The notes: generated by a model not told the origin, from the sequence alone. A DNA stretch of 64,000 nucleotides from Macrostomum lignano (GCA_002269645.1 NIVC01003900.1:6822-70821), one strand, 5' to 3'; positions 11,765-24,802 are shown, counted from the stretch's first letter. Translations and numbers: made by a program.

Positions 11765-13351
11765 TACTACGAGTATAATATTAAACGAGGGTGGGAAGCC
11801 AGGGCCCCCCCTTGCGGTTCAGCCTAAGTAGGGCTTTGCCGCTGGATCTGTCTGTGGGCCATACTACCAGGGGCATAGCCCGAGAGGCCACGCTTGGGTC
11901 CAGGTCTCAAGGCCTGGAAACTATATAAATCCTTCAGGCTTTCTAGGGCAGAAAGGCTTTTTGCCCTAGACAACCGTTGGATTTGTATTCCTTCTTGATT
12001 TCAAGAGCGGGCCAAGAAACGACATGCTTCGGCCTGTGAGTCAAACTGCATTCGATCGCTTCAGTCTAAGTTCAGTGCAAGTCCTGATTCTCGGCCCGCA
12101 AGAAAATGGAATTTCTCTATGGCACAAAATGCAAACTGTATTTCATTTTAGTTCTGCGCCTAAACTCCTGACCCGAGCGAATCTATCACAGACCTACACC
12201 AATCATTGTCTCCGTGCTACGGTTGTCACGACACTAACAAACAAGGGTATTTCTGTTGGCGACATTCAATGTGTTACCGGTCACAAGAGGCCAGAGTCCG
12301 TTCAAGGTACAAAAATTAAGCGGATCTCGCCAGGGAAGAAGCGTCAACTGTCCGATGCTCTGACAATGGATTCTTCACCGCCTGGTCCAATCGTTAAACG
12401 AGTCACGAGCGACGTCCCACTTCAATCGCCCATGGTTTTAGCGTTGAGCGTGGCGACCTAAAAGTATCTGCTGTTGACTGCGAACAAAGGGACTTTAATG
12501 GAGTTCTGCCGACTGCAGTGCTAGAGAAAAATGGATCCCGTGTTCTATTTTTCCTATAAGTGAGTATCTCTGAACGCCACGGGCATTGAACTACCCATGT
12601 ACTGTACGTAAAGACGGCGTGGGTTGCATCACAAGAACTATATTAAATTGTTACTGTTGTCCTCTTTGTAATGTTGCACTTTTAACGTTTTAAATACAAT
12701 CGATCGTTTCGGCTTCGTCTATGGCCCAGCCCGATATCGGGCAGAGAATGGGCCGTTTCTTAAGCAGTCTTGCCCGCAAAATCAAGCAGGAATTGGGGCT
12801 ACTAGCTCAATGTCTATGGACTAAGACACCGCCAACCCACAGTGGAATCAGAGACGGTGCAAGGACCGAGTCCACCCAAGCCACCCCTAACGATAAGACC
12901 CGAGTGTGCACGCGAAAAAAATTGGAAAAGCGGTCCGAGAGTGGGGAGACCCCAAAGTCAACGGAAATAGTGCTTTATATTGGAGAGTCTGGCCGAGCAG
13001 CTTAGTCTGGCGAGCCTCAAGGCTTTTTCGCTATCCAGCTCTATAAAAAGGCCAGGCCAAGGGGTTGGAGAGGGGCACAATTGGAGCAAGAAAAACCCGG
13101 ACTCAGCCGGTGTTCCCCGATTCGGGACGAACTCATTCCCCAGGACTCCAATCCAATGTCAGAGATGAGAGCCGCGAGACACAAAAGCAGGGAACATCCA
13201 GAGGAGACAGCAGGGTGGACCAAGGCTGTAGAGCGCTCTTACCGAGGCGAGATTGGCAACTCCTACTGCAAGAAATAATTTTGATGAATTCAATTTCTTT
13301 ATCTATCCTAAATTTAAGGAGCTTTAGTTCCTAAAAATAATACTCGTCGTA
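11765..13351 (+). mobile_element. Degenerate tyrosine-recombinase (Crypton/DUF3504-like) element remnant
   Basis: The ORF at 12024-12461 contains ANLSQTYTNHCLRATVVTTL...IQCVTGHKRPESV (HxxR and GH motifs of YR catalytic domains); the catalytic Tyr is not in frame. Imperfect 12-bp inverted ends TACTACGAGTAT (11765-11776) / ATACTCGTCGTA (13340-13351). Boundaries are tentative. Confidence 0.6.
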
Positions 13352-13815
13352 CAAATAAAACAATTTTGTTTTTTCCCATTTGTGACATCGGTCCCACAAC
13401 CGGCGCTGACGTCAATATTCTGCCTATTCCGCTGACTTCTGCACGCCACACAGGGTGCACAGCCGCTCTGACTTTCTGATCACCAAGCATGTACACTTTC
13501 TGTGCCTTACATATAGAATTTTCAAGATCGAAGTATACTTTATATAATTAACTTGTATTTTAAAAATCGCGCTGCTATTATTAAAGCCGGAAAAGAATCA
13601 CGTAAAATAAAACTATAAACAAAACAGCTGTTAGATTATTTTTTTCAGATTAATTTGTCTTTAAAAAGGGGAAGAAAATGCGGCAAGCCAACTCGCGTAA
13701 TTAATTTATATTTATCAATTTATATGCATTACTTTAAGGCATCGATTTAAACGCGAATTTGCTACTTATAGTAGTTACATCAAATTATGACTACTTTCTA
13801 AACATATCGGTAGAG

Positions 13816-14742
13816 TCAAGAGGAGCTCCACTGCGGCCCGCCGCCGGCATAATTGCCGGTGATCTCTGCGCCAGAAAAGTCCATGCCGGGATTCTCGTAT
13901 TGGAATCGTTGGAGAGTCAGCTTCTTCTCCATCTGGTCGCGCTGGAGCGGATCGGGCTCGAACTCAGGCTGACCTACTAGTAGGCAGGGCCAGCAGCTCT
14001 GTACAGGATCGGGCGATGCTTTGGCGAGCACAATTTGAAGCAGACGACGGTCAGCGAGAGTCCAAGAGCTCTCGTCTGGTCTGACTGACTTAGGTAGATC
14101 GCCTGACAGAAGTGACTGACCACCTGTGTGAATTGCGATTTGAGCAATGGGATTGGGAACTACAAGATTTTCAGGTTGTCATTTTTAGCTCTCTGCTTAG
14201 ATTACCTTCTCCAACCGATCTGTCTATGTAGTTTAGCAAGCTGTCTACTTTGTCTACAAAGCCGTCTACTTTGTCTACCAAGCTGTCTGCTTTGTCTACC
14301 AAGATGTCTACTTTGTATACCAAACTGTCTACTTTGTCTACCAAGCTGTCTACTTTGTTCTGCTAAGCTGTCTTGTTTGCCTACCAGGTTGTCTACTTTG
14401 ACTACGAATCTATGTACTACATCTATTAAACTCTACTAACTACCTCTCCGGAAACCTTTATTTTTTCTACCAACTTGTCTACTTTTCTTTGGACTGTCAA
14501 AGTTTTTTAGGCCTATACCTGTCTATCTTTTCCATCTACTAGTTTCACAGCAACTTAGTCAACATTCACCTACCAGCCAGGGAAACTCGCAGATTATTCA
14601 CGCCTATTTTGCACACAACCTGAGTGCCTCGGGTGCCTTCTGGCACTTGCAGTTCGATGTACACCTCGTCTAATGTCTGCCACCATCTGCCGCCAGGAAA
14701 ATTGACACAGACCTCGCCGCTGCGTTCGTCAAAGTGGGCCAT
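13816..14742 (-). CDS. NUDCD2: NudC domain-containing protein 2. Exons 14742-14574 and 14123-13816, 158 aa
   Basis: MAHFDERSG..WWQTLDEVYIELQVPEGTR...DESSWTL...DQMEKKLTLQRFQYENPGMDFSGAEITGNYAGGGP; phase-1 GT-AG intron. Confidence 0.93.
14230..14420. repeat. About 21-bp repeat in the NUDCD2 intron
   Basis: gctgtctactttgtctaccaa units. Confidence 0.8.
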
Positions 14743-14889
14743 GAATAATAGAATTTGCAGGAGCAAAGTGTACTTTTTAATCAAGTATGCAGAACACAAC
14801 AATGATCGAGTTTTGTCGTAGACATGCCATCAAACACTTAGGTGTATTTTCGTGGCAAGATTGAAGATGATCAAGAGATTAATTGGAAG

Positions 14890-15330
14890 CACCCACCACC
14901 CCATAGTACCGCCTAAAGCACTCGTGGCCACAGAGCACCCGCCACCCTACAGCACCCACCACCCCACAGCACCCACCACCCCACAGCACTCGCCACCCCA
15001 CAGCACCCACCACCCCACAGCACCCACCACCCCACAGCACCCACCACCCCACAGCACTCGCCACCCCACAGCACCCACCACCCCACAGCACCCACAAACC
15101 CACAGCACTCGCCACCCCACAGCACCCACCACCCCACAGCACCCACCACCCCACAGCACCCACCAACCCACAGCACTCGCCACCCCACAGCACCCACCAC
15201 CCCACAGCACCCACCACCCCACAGCACTCACTAACCCACAGCACTCGCCACCCCACGGCACCCGCCACCCAGCAGCACCCACCGCCAAAGCACCTGCAAA
15301 TAGCACCCACCACTCCACACCACAGCAAAC
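14890..15330. repeat. C/A-rich minisatellite, about 17-18 bp unit
   Basis: cacagcacccaccacccc units; source of the Pro/His and Gly/Trp/Val ORFs. Confidence 0.92.
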
Positions 15331-16707
15331 ACCTTGTCCACGAGTAAACCTTTTCTACAAGGGTGGCTAAATGTAATGAAACTGCATATATCTAAATACT
15401 TTTACATCTCTTCGATGGAACAGTAATAAATACAAAGAAATAAGACGCATATTTTTAATTCACGCATAAAATTGCTATGTATACTCGTGTATATATTGAT
15501 AAGTACGCTCGTAATCAATATTGACCCGATCTTAAAGTTTTTCAAATGAAACTTTTTATTAATTATAATCATAAGCAATATACAGAAAAACACAAGCAAA
15601 GCAAACAGGAATAACTTGATGATAGTAAGCTAGCAGCGCATTTTATTTATATTAAATTTATAAATGTATATTATATCAATAATTTAAGATCCCAAGAACC
15701 TCGCAAAATACCTCCATATCCTAAAGACTTCCCATCTGTCACAATCCCCATCCGTCACGGTCCTCATAACCACAATTCCAATGCGTCACGATCCCCATCC
15801 ATAAAAATCCCCAACGCTTCATACCCCCCCAAATGTTCTTAACGACAGTACACAAATAAAAATAATTATTGTTTATGCGATTTTAAAAGAGCTTGCATTG
15901 CACAAAACCTTTAGGGGAATGTAAAAAAAACTCGGGCAATTAACAAAACAATCACCTAATTGAAGCTGGCAGTTTAACTGATTAGCAAATAATGCGCAGT
16001 TGATAACTAGGACGAAAACTTGAACAAATCATAGGACAGATAAGCGAGACAGACCAATATTCTATAGTTAAGTCTTCTTATTACTCATTTTGTTATAAAT
16101 TTGATCGATAATTACTCGTATATGATAATTGACACATCAATTTGAAGTTGGCATTCAAATGCAGTTTTACTGAAGCACTTTCGAATTCGAAAGCAAGCAA
16201 GCAAATTTTTGCTCGTTTAAGTTTATTGAAAGCTATTGTCTTTCCAAGAAATACTACCGGACTCCGCATTGATGCTTTCCAAAACCCCTTTAATACCTTT
16301 TCAACTTTGAATCTGTTGCAGTGAGTGAAATTCGTCAAACACAGACACTCAGAATTTGACTGATGGGATAGGAAAAACCTTTTTGTCTATGGCAGAAAGC
16401 TGAGCAAAGTGACATCATTCTAAGAAATAATTGAACTGTGTCTGTAACAACCTGCCTCTCTGCCTCTCATCACAATGCTACGAATAGTACCTTACGATTT
16501 TTAAAACTAGAATAGAATTGATTTTCACTTCCATAAATAATTCTTTAGTTGTGAGTTGACTTTCATTTCTTCGTCGAAAATTTTCTAAAAAACTTCATTT
16601 AGGATTCCTGGAAAGTCCAGAAGATGAGAGGAGCGAACTGGATTAAACTATTATTGTTTTCTTCTTTCAAGTAAAAATTTATTGTCGACATAAGGTCACT
16701 CTCGGCA

Positions 16708-17118
16708 TTAGTCTGCCTGGCTTGATGCTGTCAAGACTCGAACCCGGTGCTCGCTAATAAGATGTCGAACTGTTGGGGCAGCAGCAGCAGCAGCATCAGA
16801 AGCACTGCCAGACTGTTGAACCAAACCAACTGGACCTTTCTCACAGTCGGCGCAGATCAAATATCGCAACCCGTCAACAGTGTTAGTGAAGCCAATATTT
16901 TCAAACTGCATCATGTCGAGTACGCACCACCATTGACCTGGACAGGATTCTAAAGGAAAATCTGACGGCTTGCTGGCCTGTTTGGCGTGCATTGCCGGCA
17001 GCTGGTGAGTCTCTTCTGATGGACAGATTGTTGCTACGCCGGCCTGCAAAATCAAACTGCCGCAGTATTGACAGGCAAGATTGTGAGGGTTTGTTGAGTC
17101 AGCTGGTGTGGATGACAT
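16708..17118 (-). CDS. RABIF: MSS4 / RAB-interacting factor, single coding exon
   Basis: [14 protein letters not shown]...LPAM...[36 protein letters not shown]: the two CxxC Zn motifs and FENxGF of the Mss4 family. Confidence 0.93.
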   Translation of the reverse strand: MSSTPADSTNPHNLACQYCGSLILQAGVATICPSEETHQLPAMHAKQASKPSDFPLESCPGQWWCVLDMMQFENIGFTNTVDGLRYLICADCEKGPVGLVQQSGSASDAAAAAAPTVRHLISEHRVRVLTASSQAD

Positions 17119-17186
17119 TGTGGCAACTGCTGGCTGAAAAAAGAAGTGAAATCAGCATGCTTTTATACTCTAAAATAGAAGTTGAG

Positions 17187-17660
17187 ACTGTTGTGACTCT
17201 GAGTAGCCATACTCTAACCCCAGTGACTCTCTAAGTAGCCATACTCTAACCCCAGGGACTATCTGAGTAGCCATACTCTAACCCCAGTGACTCTCTGAGT
17301 AGCCATACTTCAACCCCAGTCTGAGTAGCCATACTGTAACCCCAGTGACTCTTTGAGTAGCCATACTGTAACTTCAGTGACTCTCTGAGTAGCCATACTC
17401 TAACCCCAGTGACTCTCTGAGTAGCCATACTCTAACCCCAGTGACTCTCTGAGTAGCCATACTCTAACCCCAGTGACTCTCTGAGTAGCCATACTTCAAC
17501 CCCAGTCTGAGTAGCCATACTGTAACCCCAGTGACTCAAGAGTAGCCATAATCTAACCCCAGTGACTCTCTGAGTAGCCATACTCTAACCCCAGTCTGAG
17601 TAGCCATACTGTAACCCCAGTGACTCTCTGAGTAGCCATAATCTAACCCCAGTGACTCAG
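17187..17660. repeat. 32-bp minisatellite with shorter variant units
   Basis: gactctctgagtagccatactctaaccccagt. Confidence 0.92.
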
Positions 17661-18989
17661 ATTATAAAGAAACTGAAACAAATAAAAAAAGAAAAAATTG
17701 TCTGACACAGGGAAAATTGAAATCCGAAGTTATTATATTACAATTTATTTTTTTAAACAGCGCCCTTGAAGTCACTGAAAGATAGTTTAGTAGTGGCTCA
17801 GTCACAAACGCACACAAACACAAAAACACACTTATTTTTCTAGATTATTAGACACGGCAGTCAAAAAGAAATTGTCATCGCATACACTGGAAAGTAAAAC
17901 TTGAGGGCTGAGTTTATTGTATGTCCAACAAAAGCCATTTTAAAGGTAATTAAAAATGCCAAAATATGAAATTCATATGATTATTTTTTTACAAAGTTGC
18001 ATTAAGTTTTTCAAGTTGAACGAAAATAAACAGGCACTAGCCGTTATATCGTACTAATAGTAGTACCATAGCGAAGTCAGCACACTTTGTGTACATTTCT
18101 AGGTTAGGCAAGAAAAATGCAATATTTTTTTTATAACAGAAACTATATTTTTTCTCGGCTGCATTCATATACACTGATTACGTAATATCTTAACAATAAT
18201 ATCGATTGACCTCATTATTTATCAAAAGCGGAACTAAATATGGTTTAGAAAATCTTTAATACAATTATAAATCAAACTGAAATAAGCGCAATAAAATTTC
18301 TGGATAAACAGATGCAGACAGCTAAAGAGTGCCAATTGAGAAGGTTTATATAAACAAAAATATTTTACAAATTTCAACGAACCATTGGTCTATGTAATAG
18401 GAAGAGATACATATCCTCGGAATACTCGTAGTTGTATCTGTCCTGTTCACAGGTGTCTGTCATAATCCCATGCATCTGTCCTGTCTACAGGTGTCTATCC
18501 TATCAACCCGGTGTAAAAAAAGCCGTCCATCGGGCGTCAGTTTTGGGCCGTCTGGGTAGGGTGCTTATGTCCTACTGAAATCGAGTCCGCCAGACGCTGA
18601 TGTAGGACTGATTCAGACGCAGACCGGACCCTGTTCAGTAGGGGTCCTCATGACTCCTACTTGCAATCTTTTATTCGACCCCAGTATTTACACACTACTT
18701 TCAGTAGGTTGCATTGCGTGCAGTGTTTCAGTTTGTTAAAGTTATATCACGTATACGAAGACTTTGAAGAGCGAAATGAAAAATGCATTTTAGTTATCAT
18801 TTATTTCCTGTTTACGTAGTTACATATAGTTTACGGGTAAAATAGAAAGTATGAAATATATAACATCACTTAGCGCAACATTAGCAGAACGGGGCAGGGT
18901 CGTTGAGCAGCAGGTTTGGCAGCAGTGGCCGAAATAGTCCTAATTATCAAATACCCGAATTCTATTGATCTAATACCTAAATCCTAATA

Positions 18990-19430
18990 ACCTCTTATCT
19001 AAATTCTAATTATCTCTTATCTGAACCCCAATTATCTCTTACCTGAATCCTAATCTCTTACCTGAATTCTAATCTCTTACCTGAATCCTAATCTCTTACC
19101 TGAATTCTAATCTCTTACCTGAATCCTAATTATCTCTTACCTGAATCCTAATTATCTCTTACCTGAATCCTAATTTCTTACCTGAATTCTAATCACTTGC
19201 CTGAATCCTAATTATCTCTTACCTGAATCCTAATTTCTTACCTGAATTATAACCTCTTACCTGAATCCTAATCTCTAACCTGAATCCTAATTATCTCTTA
19301 CCTGAATCCTAATTTCTTACCTGAATTCTAATCTCTTATCTGAATCCTAATCTATTACCTAAATCCTAATTATCTCTTACCTAAATCCTAATTATCTCTT
19401 ACCTGAATCCTAATTATCTCTATCTGAATT
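18990..19430. repeat. 19-22 bp minisatellite inside the transposon
   Basis: ctcttacctgaatcctaat(tat) units. Confidence 0.88.
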
Positions 19431-19514
19431 TTAATACATAGGATATTCTGGTGCGTATCCAGAAAATTAATGTTTTTGGGGTGCAAAAGAAATAAACAGT
19501 TACTCCTCGGCATC

Positions 19515-21175
19515 TCAATCAGAGTCAATTCTGGCCCGCTTTCTCATCCCTTGCTGCGCCTCGCTGGTGTCTCCTGGCATTTCGTGGTGCTCTTCACGTA
19601 GGGATTTTCTACGTTGGCGCGCGGCCTCCCTCTCGGCAGCGTGTTTCAGCACCTGAATAACGGCGACTTCTACATCGCGCTCAGAGGGTCGTCCTCTGTC
19701 CTCAGGATATATGAACCTGATTGCCTCTGTAAATGTAGGTTTGGGTGGGTTGCACACAGGGTTAGAGAGGACCTGGAACATGTTTATCTGCCTCCCTGTA
19801 CCTGTCGCTATATAACTCTAAATCTCTCTAAATGCGTATTTTACGTATTCTTTCATTTCTAATTCTTTCTAAGTTCCATCAAAAACGAATACTGAATACA
19901 AAGAGCACTCACCCTGAATGGTATTCATGGCATTGCGGAAGCCCAGTTCGGCCTCGGTCGCGCCATGCCCAGGAACAGCCCGGTTCAGCCTTTCCGCCAT
20001 GCCACGGCCACTGTAGTTGACTACACTTAGCATTGAAGCCGACATGCACTTTTCCAGCATCCGTCGGACCGTTTCATGTAGGGTCGCGCATCGGCAGCCA
20101 CGTAGACTGGGTCCCTGAAGTGGAATGAAGTAGAAATTATTATTTTTAAAGCAAAAGAAGTATAAAATTATATTACTACAATACTACTGCAAGTAGGTTG
20201 AAAGCACAAGTATATTATTTCTTCTATGAGTATAAGTTCATTGCTTTTAATTTGGATTAGATCTGTTTGTGATTAATCTAGCAAATATGAAAACTTACGA
20301 GGCGCTGTTGAGCTTCAATCGACGTTATAAAGCTGAGGTAGTCCGGCCACGAGTCAATTTGCGTGAACTCAACGGCGGTTTCTTCTTGGCGGCCGCGTCG
20401 AGTTTGAGATGCCAAATGAGCGGAAATGCCTTCGAGGAGGTCAATAACTTGGCGCTCAAATTGGTGCTGGCGCCTCTCCATCTCTGCTAGGCGTCGAGCA
20501 GTTAGCATCGAAAGGTATGCCACACCTTCCGTGGAATTCGGGTCGAAGCCATCTGCACGCAGCTGGTCTTGGAATCGGCGAGCAGTCGCGCTGTGCAGCC
20601 TGCCGATGCCTTCTTCCCGCACCTCGGCATTGTCAGACGGGATGGCAGAGGAGGGCTTCTGCTTTGATACCGTTGATGGCCCGGCCGGTGTAGATCTTAC
20701 TGCGACGGCTGCAGCAGAAGGCGATGCCGTTGCCTCTGGCTCTGACGCTAAATCCGACACCAGCGTCGCATCTGGGCCTGTGGACCGCGACCGTGGTGTC
20801 AGCACGACGGAAGATGCTGGAGGCGGGGGCAGGTCTGGTCGAGTAGGTCTGCTTTCGACCACTGCTGGCGTTCTCGCTGGCATGCGTGAAGTTGGGCAGT
20901 CGGATGCTTCACTGTCCGATGTCCTTATATTCTGGTAAAAAGAATGCATTTTGTTTTCATTAAAAGCAGAATAACTTATCTTTGGGTTGCAGAGCACGTT
21001 CAGTTCATGAGGATTAAGAGCATCTAAGTTCTTACCTGAAGGGCTTGCATGCGGATTCGCTGCTTTCCAGTGTGCACGCGCTGCACTGCTTGCATGAGTC
21101 CCTCCGTTGACTTTTTCTTTTTCTCGACAAGCTGCCGGATTTTAAATATCACCGGGTCCGTATCCCCTATGGTCC
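19515..21175 (-). CDS. Transposon-borne DUF4806/BEN-like protein. Exons about 21175-21034, 20931-20299, 20114-19913, 19795-19515; 5' end unresolved
   Basis: Phase-consistent GT-AG junctions. Low-complexity S/P/A region, coiled coil, then GCRCATLHETVRRMLEKCMSASMLSVVNYSGRG and FTEAIRF...VIQVLKHAAER, which resemble the DUF4806 pattern by eye. Confidence 0.65.
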
Positions 21176-22377
21176 CCTCCCAAACAGCAAGCGGTCCCCT
21201 CCCAAACAGCAAGCGGTCCCCTCCCAAACAGCAAGCGGTCCCCTCCCAAACAGCAGGGTCCCAAACAGCAGGGTCCCAAACAGCAGGCTCCCAAACAGCA
21301 AGCGGTCCCCTCCCAAACAGCAAGCGGTCCCCTCCCAAACAGCAAGCGGTCCCCTCCCAAACAGCAAGCGGTCCCCTCCCAAACAGCAAGCGGTCCCCTC
21401 CCAAACAGCAGGCTCCCAAACAGCAGGCTCCCAAACAGCAAGCGGTCCCCTCCCAAACAGCAAGCGGTCCCCTCCCAAACAGCAAGCGGTCCCCTCCCAA
21501 ACAGCAAGCGGTCCCCTCCCAAACAGCAAGCGGTCCCCTCCCAAACAGCAAGCTCCCAAACAGCAAGCGGTCCCCTTCCAAACAGCAAGCGGTCCCCTCC
21601 CAAACAGCAAGCTCCCAAACAGCAAGCGGTCCCCTCCCAAACAGCAGGCTCCCAAACAGCAAGCGGTCCCCTCCCAAACAGCAGGGTCCCAAACAGCAGG
21701 CTCCCAAACAGCAAGCGGTCCCCTCCCAAACAGCAAGCTCCCAAACAGCAAGCGGTCCCCTCCCAAACAGCAAGCTCCCAAACAGCAAGCGGTCCCCTCC
21801 CAAACAGCAGGGTCCCAAACAGCAGGGTCCCAAACAGCAGGCTCCCAAACAGCAAGCGGTCCCCTCCCAAACAGCAAGCGGTCCCCTCCCAAACAGCAGG
21901 CTCCCAAACAGCAGGCTCCCCAAACAGCAGGCTCCCAAACAGCAAGCGGTCCCCTCCCAAACAGCAGGCTCCCAAACAGCAGGCTCCCAAACAGCAAGCG
22001 GTCCCCTCCCAAACAGCAAGCGGTCCCCTCCCAAACAGCAAGCGGTCCCCTCCCAAACAGCAAGCGGTCCCCTCCCAAACAGCAAGCGGTCCCCTCCCAA
22101 ACAGCAAGCTCCCAAACAGCAAGCGGTCCCCTCCCAAACAGCAGGCTCCCAAACAGCAAGCGGTCCCCTCCCAAACAGCAGGGTCCCAAACAGCAGGCTC
22201 CCAAACAGCAAGCGGTCCCCTCCCAAACAGCAGGCTCCCAAACAGCAAGCGGTCCCCTCCCAAACAGCAGGCTCCCAAACAGCAGGCTCCCAAACAGCAA
22301 GCGGTCCCCTCCCAAACAGCAAGCGGTCCCCTCCCAAACAGCAAGCGGTCCCCTCCCAAACAGCAGGCTCCCAAACA
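21170..22377. repeat. Compound minisatellite mixing 22-bp and 15-bp units
   Basis: ccctcccaaacagcaagcggtc interspersed with cccaaacagcag(g/a)ct or cccaaacagcagggt. Confidence 0.95.
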
Positions 22378-24802
22378 ATATATGAAATTTCTCTAGGAAA
22401 GGAGCTGAGAGTAGAGAAAATGGAGAGGAGAGAAACGAGAGAAGCGAGGAGATAAGAGATGGTAAAAATAAGAAGATAATGGGAGATAAGAAAGGATAGG
22501 GTGCTATGTGAGATATGTATTTTCGAGGATATGAAATTTCGACCTTGTGAAAGCAACCCTGACACCCCTCCGCTTCCTCCCGGGCTTTACCCTCCAGAAT
22601 CCCCCCCCCCTAAAAATTTCTCGTTGCGCTACTGATCTTAGTTAGGGCTTCGGGCCCTGGTCCACCAAAATCTGGCGCCAGCCCTTCGGCGGCTCAGTGC
22701 TACATTGAGCTCATTCACTTTCTGTTTTCCCGAAATTCTTGAGTTTTAACCCACCCACGCCCAACGTTGCTAAACTCTTATTCACACGGGTAAGGTGCGC
22801 ACTGAAAATTTGACCAACTTCTTTTCCAAATTCAAAAGCTCTGGCACTGCAAAATATTTACATAATCAAAGTGATTGTACGCAATTAATAACCAGGTAAT
22901 TTGGTATTTTTAATAAAAAGCAGTTATCACTCAGGGTATAGTCCTTTCTGGTGAACCCTACTGTCGAAAGTAGTAAGGCATGATCAGACTTACTGTTGAT
23001 ACGTATTTTACGCGACACCCCAACCAAAATGTAGCTTTAAAAGATAGCTTAAAAATTAGTCTATGAAAAACGAAAATATAACATTCACACAAAAAGATTA
23101 ATTTATTTTCAACTGAAAGGCTAATGTCAAGCGACTGCAATCTAGAAGCCCCAAAACACAAAAGACTAAAGTTTGAAAAGTTTGAAAAGTTTGAAAAGAA
23201 ACTTCGCCAACTTTTCTACTATCACAAGTAGTAAATTATGCAACTGGAGAATGACCAAGGGTCATTTTTCATCTGACGTATCTTTTTAAATCGGACTGTC
23301 AAAAAGTGCTAGTTGTCAGTACACAAAGGTGAATACTTGAAAATAAACCCAAAACAAATCGAAATCACAGCAAAAGGGACATTTATACGGCGTTAGAAAA
23401 AACTTGCATTTTTTAGGAGTCGATCGGATCTAAACGGACCATTGGGGACGAATAACGGACCCACATAAGTACAAAGTCGACAAACTTTTTAGCCATGAAG
23501 TAACTGAAATATGGCCCTTTGGAGTGATTTAATGTAAAAACTAGACATTTTTTTCTCAAAGCAGACGCAACCCCAATGAGGACCCGTCGGGGTCCGAAAG
23601 ACGTCCGCTTGACCCTACTTTTTACACCGGGAACAGGTGTCTGTCAAATTCCCATGCATCTGTCCTATTTACAGGTGTCTGTCATATTCCCATGTATCTG
23701 TCCTGTCTACAGGTGTCTGTCATATTCCCATGCATCTGTCCTATCAACAGGTGTCTGTCAAATTCCCATGCATCTGTCCTATTTACAGGTGTCTGTCATA
23801 TTCCCATGTATCTGTCCTGTCTACAGGTGTCTGTCATATTCCCATGCATCTGTCCTATCAACAGGTGTCTGTCAAATTCCCATGCATCTGTCCTATTTAC
23901 AGGTGTCTGTCATATTCCCATGTATCTGTCCTGTCTACAGGTGTCTGTCATATTCCCATGCATCTGTCCTATCAACAGGTGTCTGTCATATTCCCATGTA
24001 TCTGTCCTGTCTGTAGACAGGTGTCTATCCTATCAACAGGTGTCTGTCATATTCCCATGTATCTGTCCTGTCTACAGGTGTCTATCCTATCCACAGGTGT
24101 CTGTCATATTCCGATGTATCTGTCCTGTCTACAGGTATCTGTCCTATCCACAGGTGTCTGTCATATTCCCATGTATCTGTCCTGTCTACAGGTGTCTATC
24201 CTATCCACAGGTGTCTGTCATATTCCCATGTATCTGTCCTATTTACAGGTGTCTGTCCTATCCACAGGTGTCTGTCATATTCCCATGTATCTGTCCTGTC
24301 TACAGGTATCTGTCCTATCCACAGGTGTCTGTCATATTCCCATGTATCTGTCCTGTCTACAGGTATCTGTCATATTCCCATGTATCTGTTCTGTCTACAG
24401 GTGTCTGTCATATTCCCATGTATCTGTTCTGTCTACAGGTGTCTGTCATATTCCCATGTATCTGTTCTGTCTACAGGTGTCTGTCATATTCCCATGTATC
24501 TGTTCTGTCTACAGGTGTCTGTCATATTCCCATGTATCTGTTCTATCCACAGGTGCTGTCCTGTTCACAGGTGTCTGTCCTGTCAACCGGTGCCTGTCCT
24601 ATTCACAGGTGTTTGTCCTATTTACATGTGTTTGTCCTAGTGTCCTGTCCAAATGTGTCTGCCTACCACACTACCTGTCTTTCTGTCTAATGTCTGTTTC
24701 TCCTGTCTGTCTTTACAATTCTTATAGGACGTATCCTCATATCTAAAAAACAGCAGTCTTTTTTATATAAAAATCTATACAGCAAAAAACATAAAAATTC
24801 GA

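Larger units (their letters stand above)
18507..23631. mobile_element. About 5.1-kb DNA transposon, EnSpm/CMC-like, no transposase seen (non-autonomous)
   Basis: Perfect 13-bp TIRs CCCGGTGTAAAAA / TTTTTACACCGGG. A 2-bp AA duplication splits the host repeat (cctatcAA | AAcaggtgt). Subterminal inverted motif gggtcctcat / atgaggaccc. Confidence 0.85.
18436..24560. repeat. 38-bp minisatellite split by the transposon (18436-18506 and 23632-24560)
   Basis: Unit acaggtgtctgtcatattcccatgtatctgtcctgtct on both sides of the TIRs; source of the 23576-24746 ORFs. Confidence 0.9.

Noticed and set aside
14852-15370. Pro/His-rich and Gly/Trp/Val-rich ORFs
   Set aside because: Products of the C/A-rich minisatellite, open on both strands.
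3190-22377. Several unrelated arrays share a 22-bp unit length
   Set aside because: The sequences are unrelated and other arrays are 17, 26, 30, 32, 33 and 38 bp; coincidence cannot be excluded.
21049-24746. Long repetitive ORFs (PKQQA-type and Cys-rich)
   Set aside because: Openness follows from repeat units lacking stops; not evidence of coding, apart from the short unique exon noted at 21034-21175.
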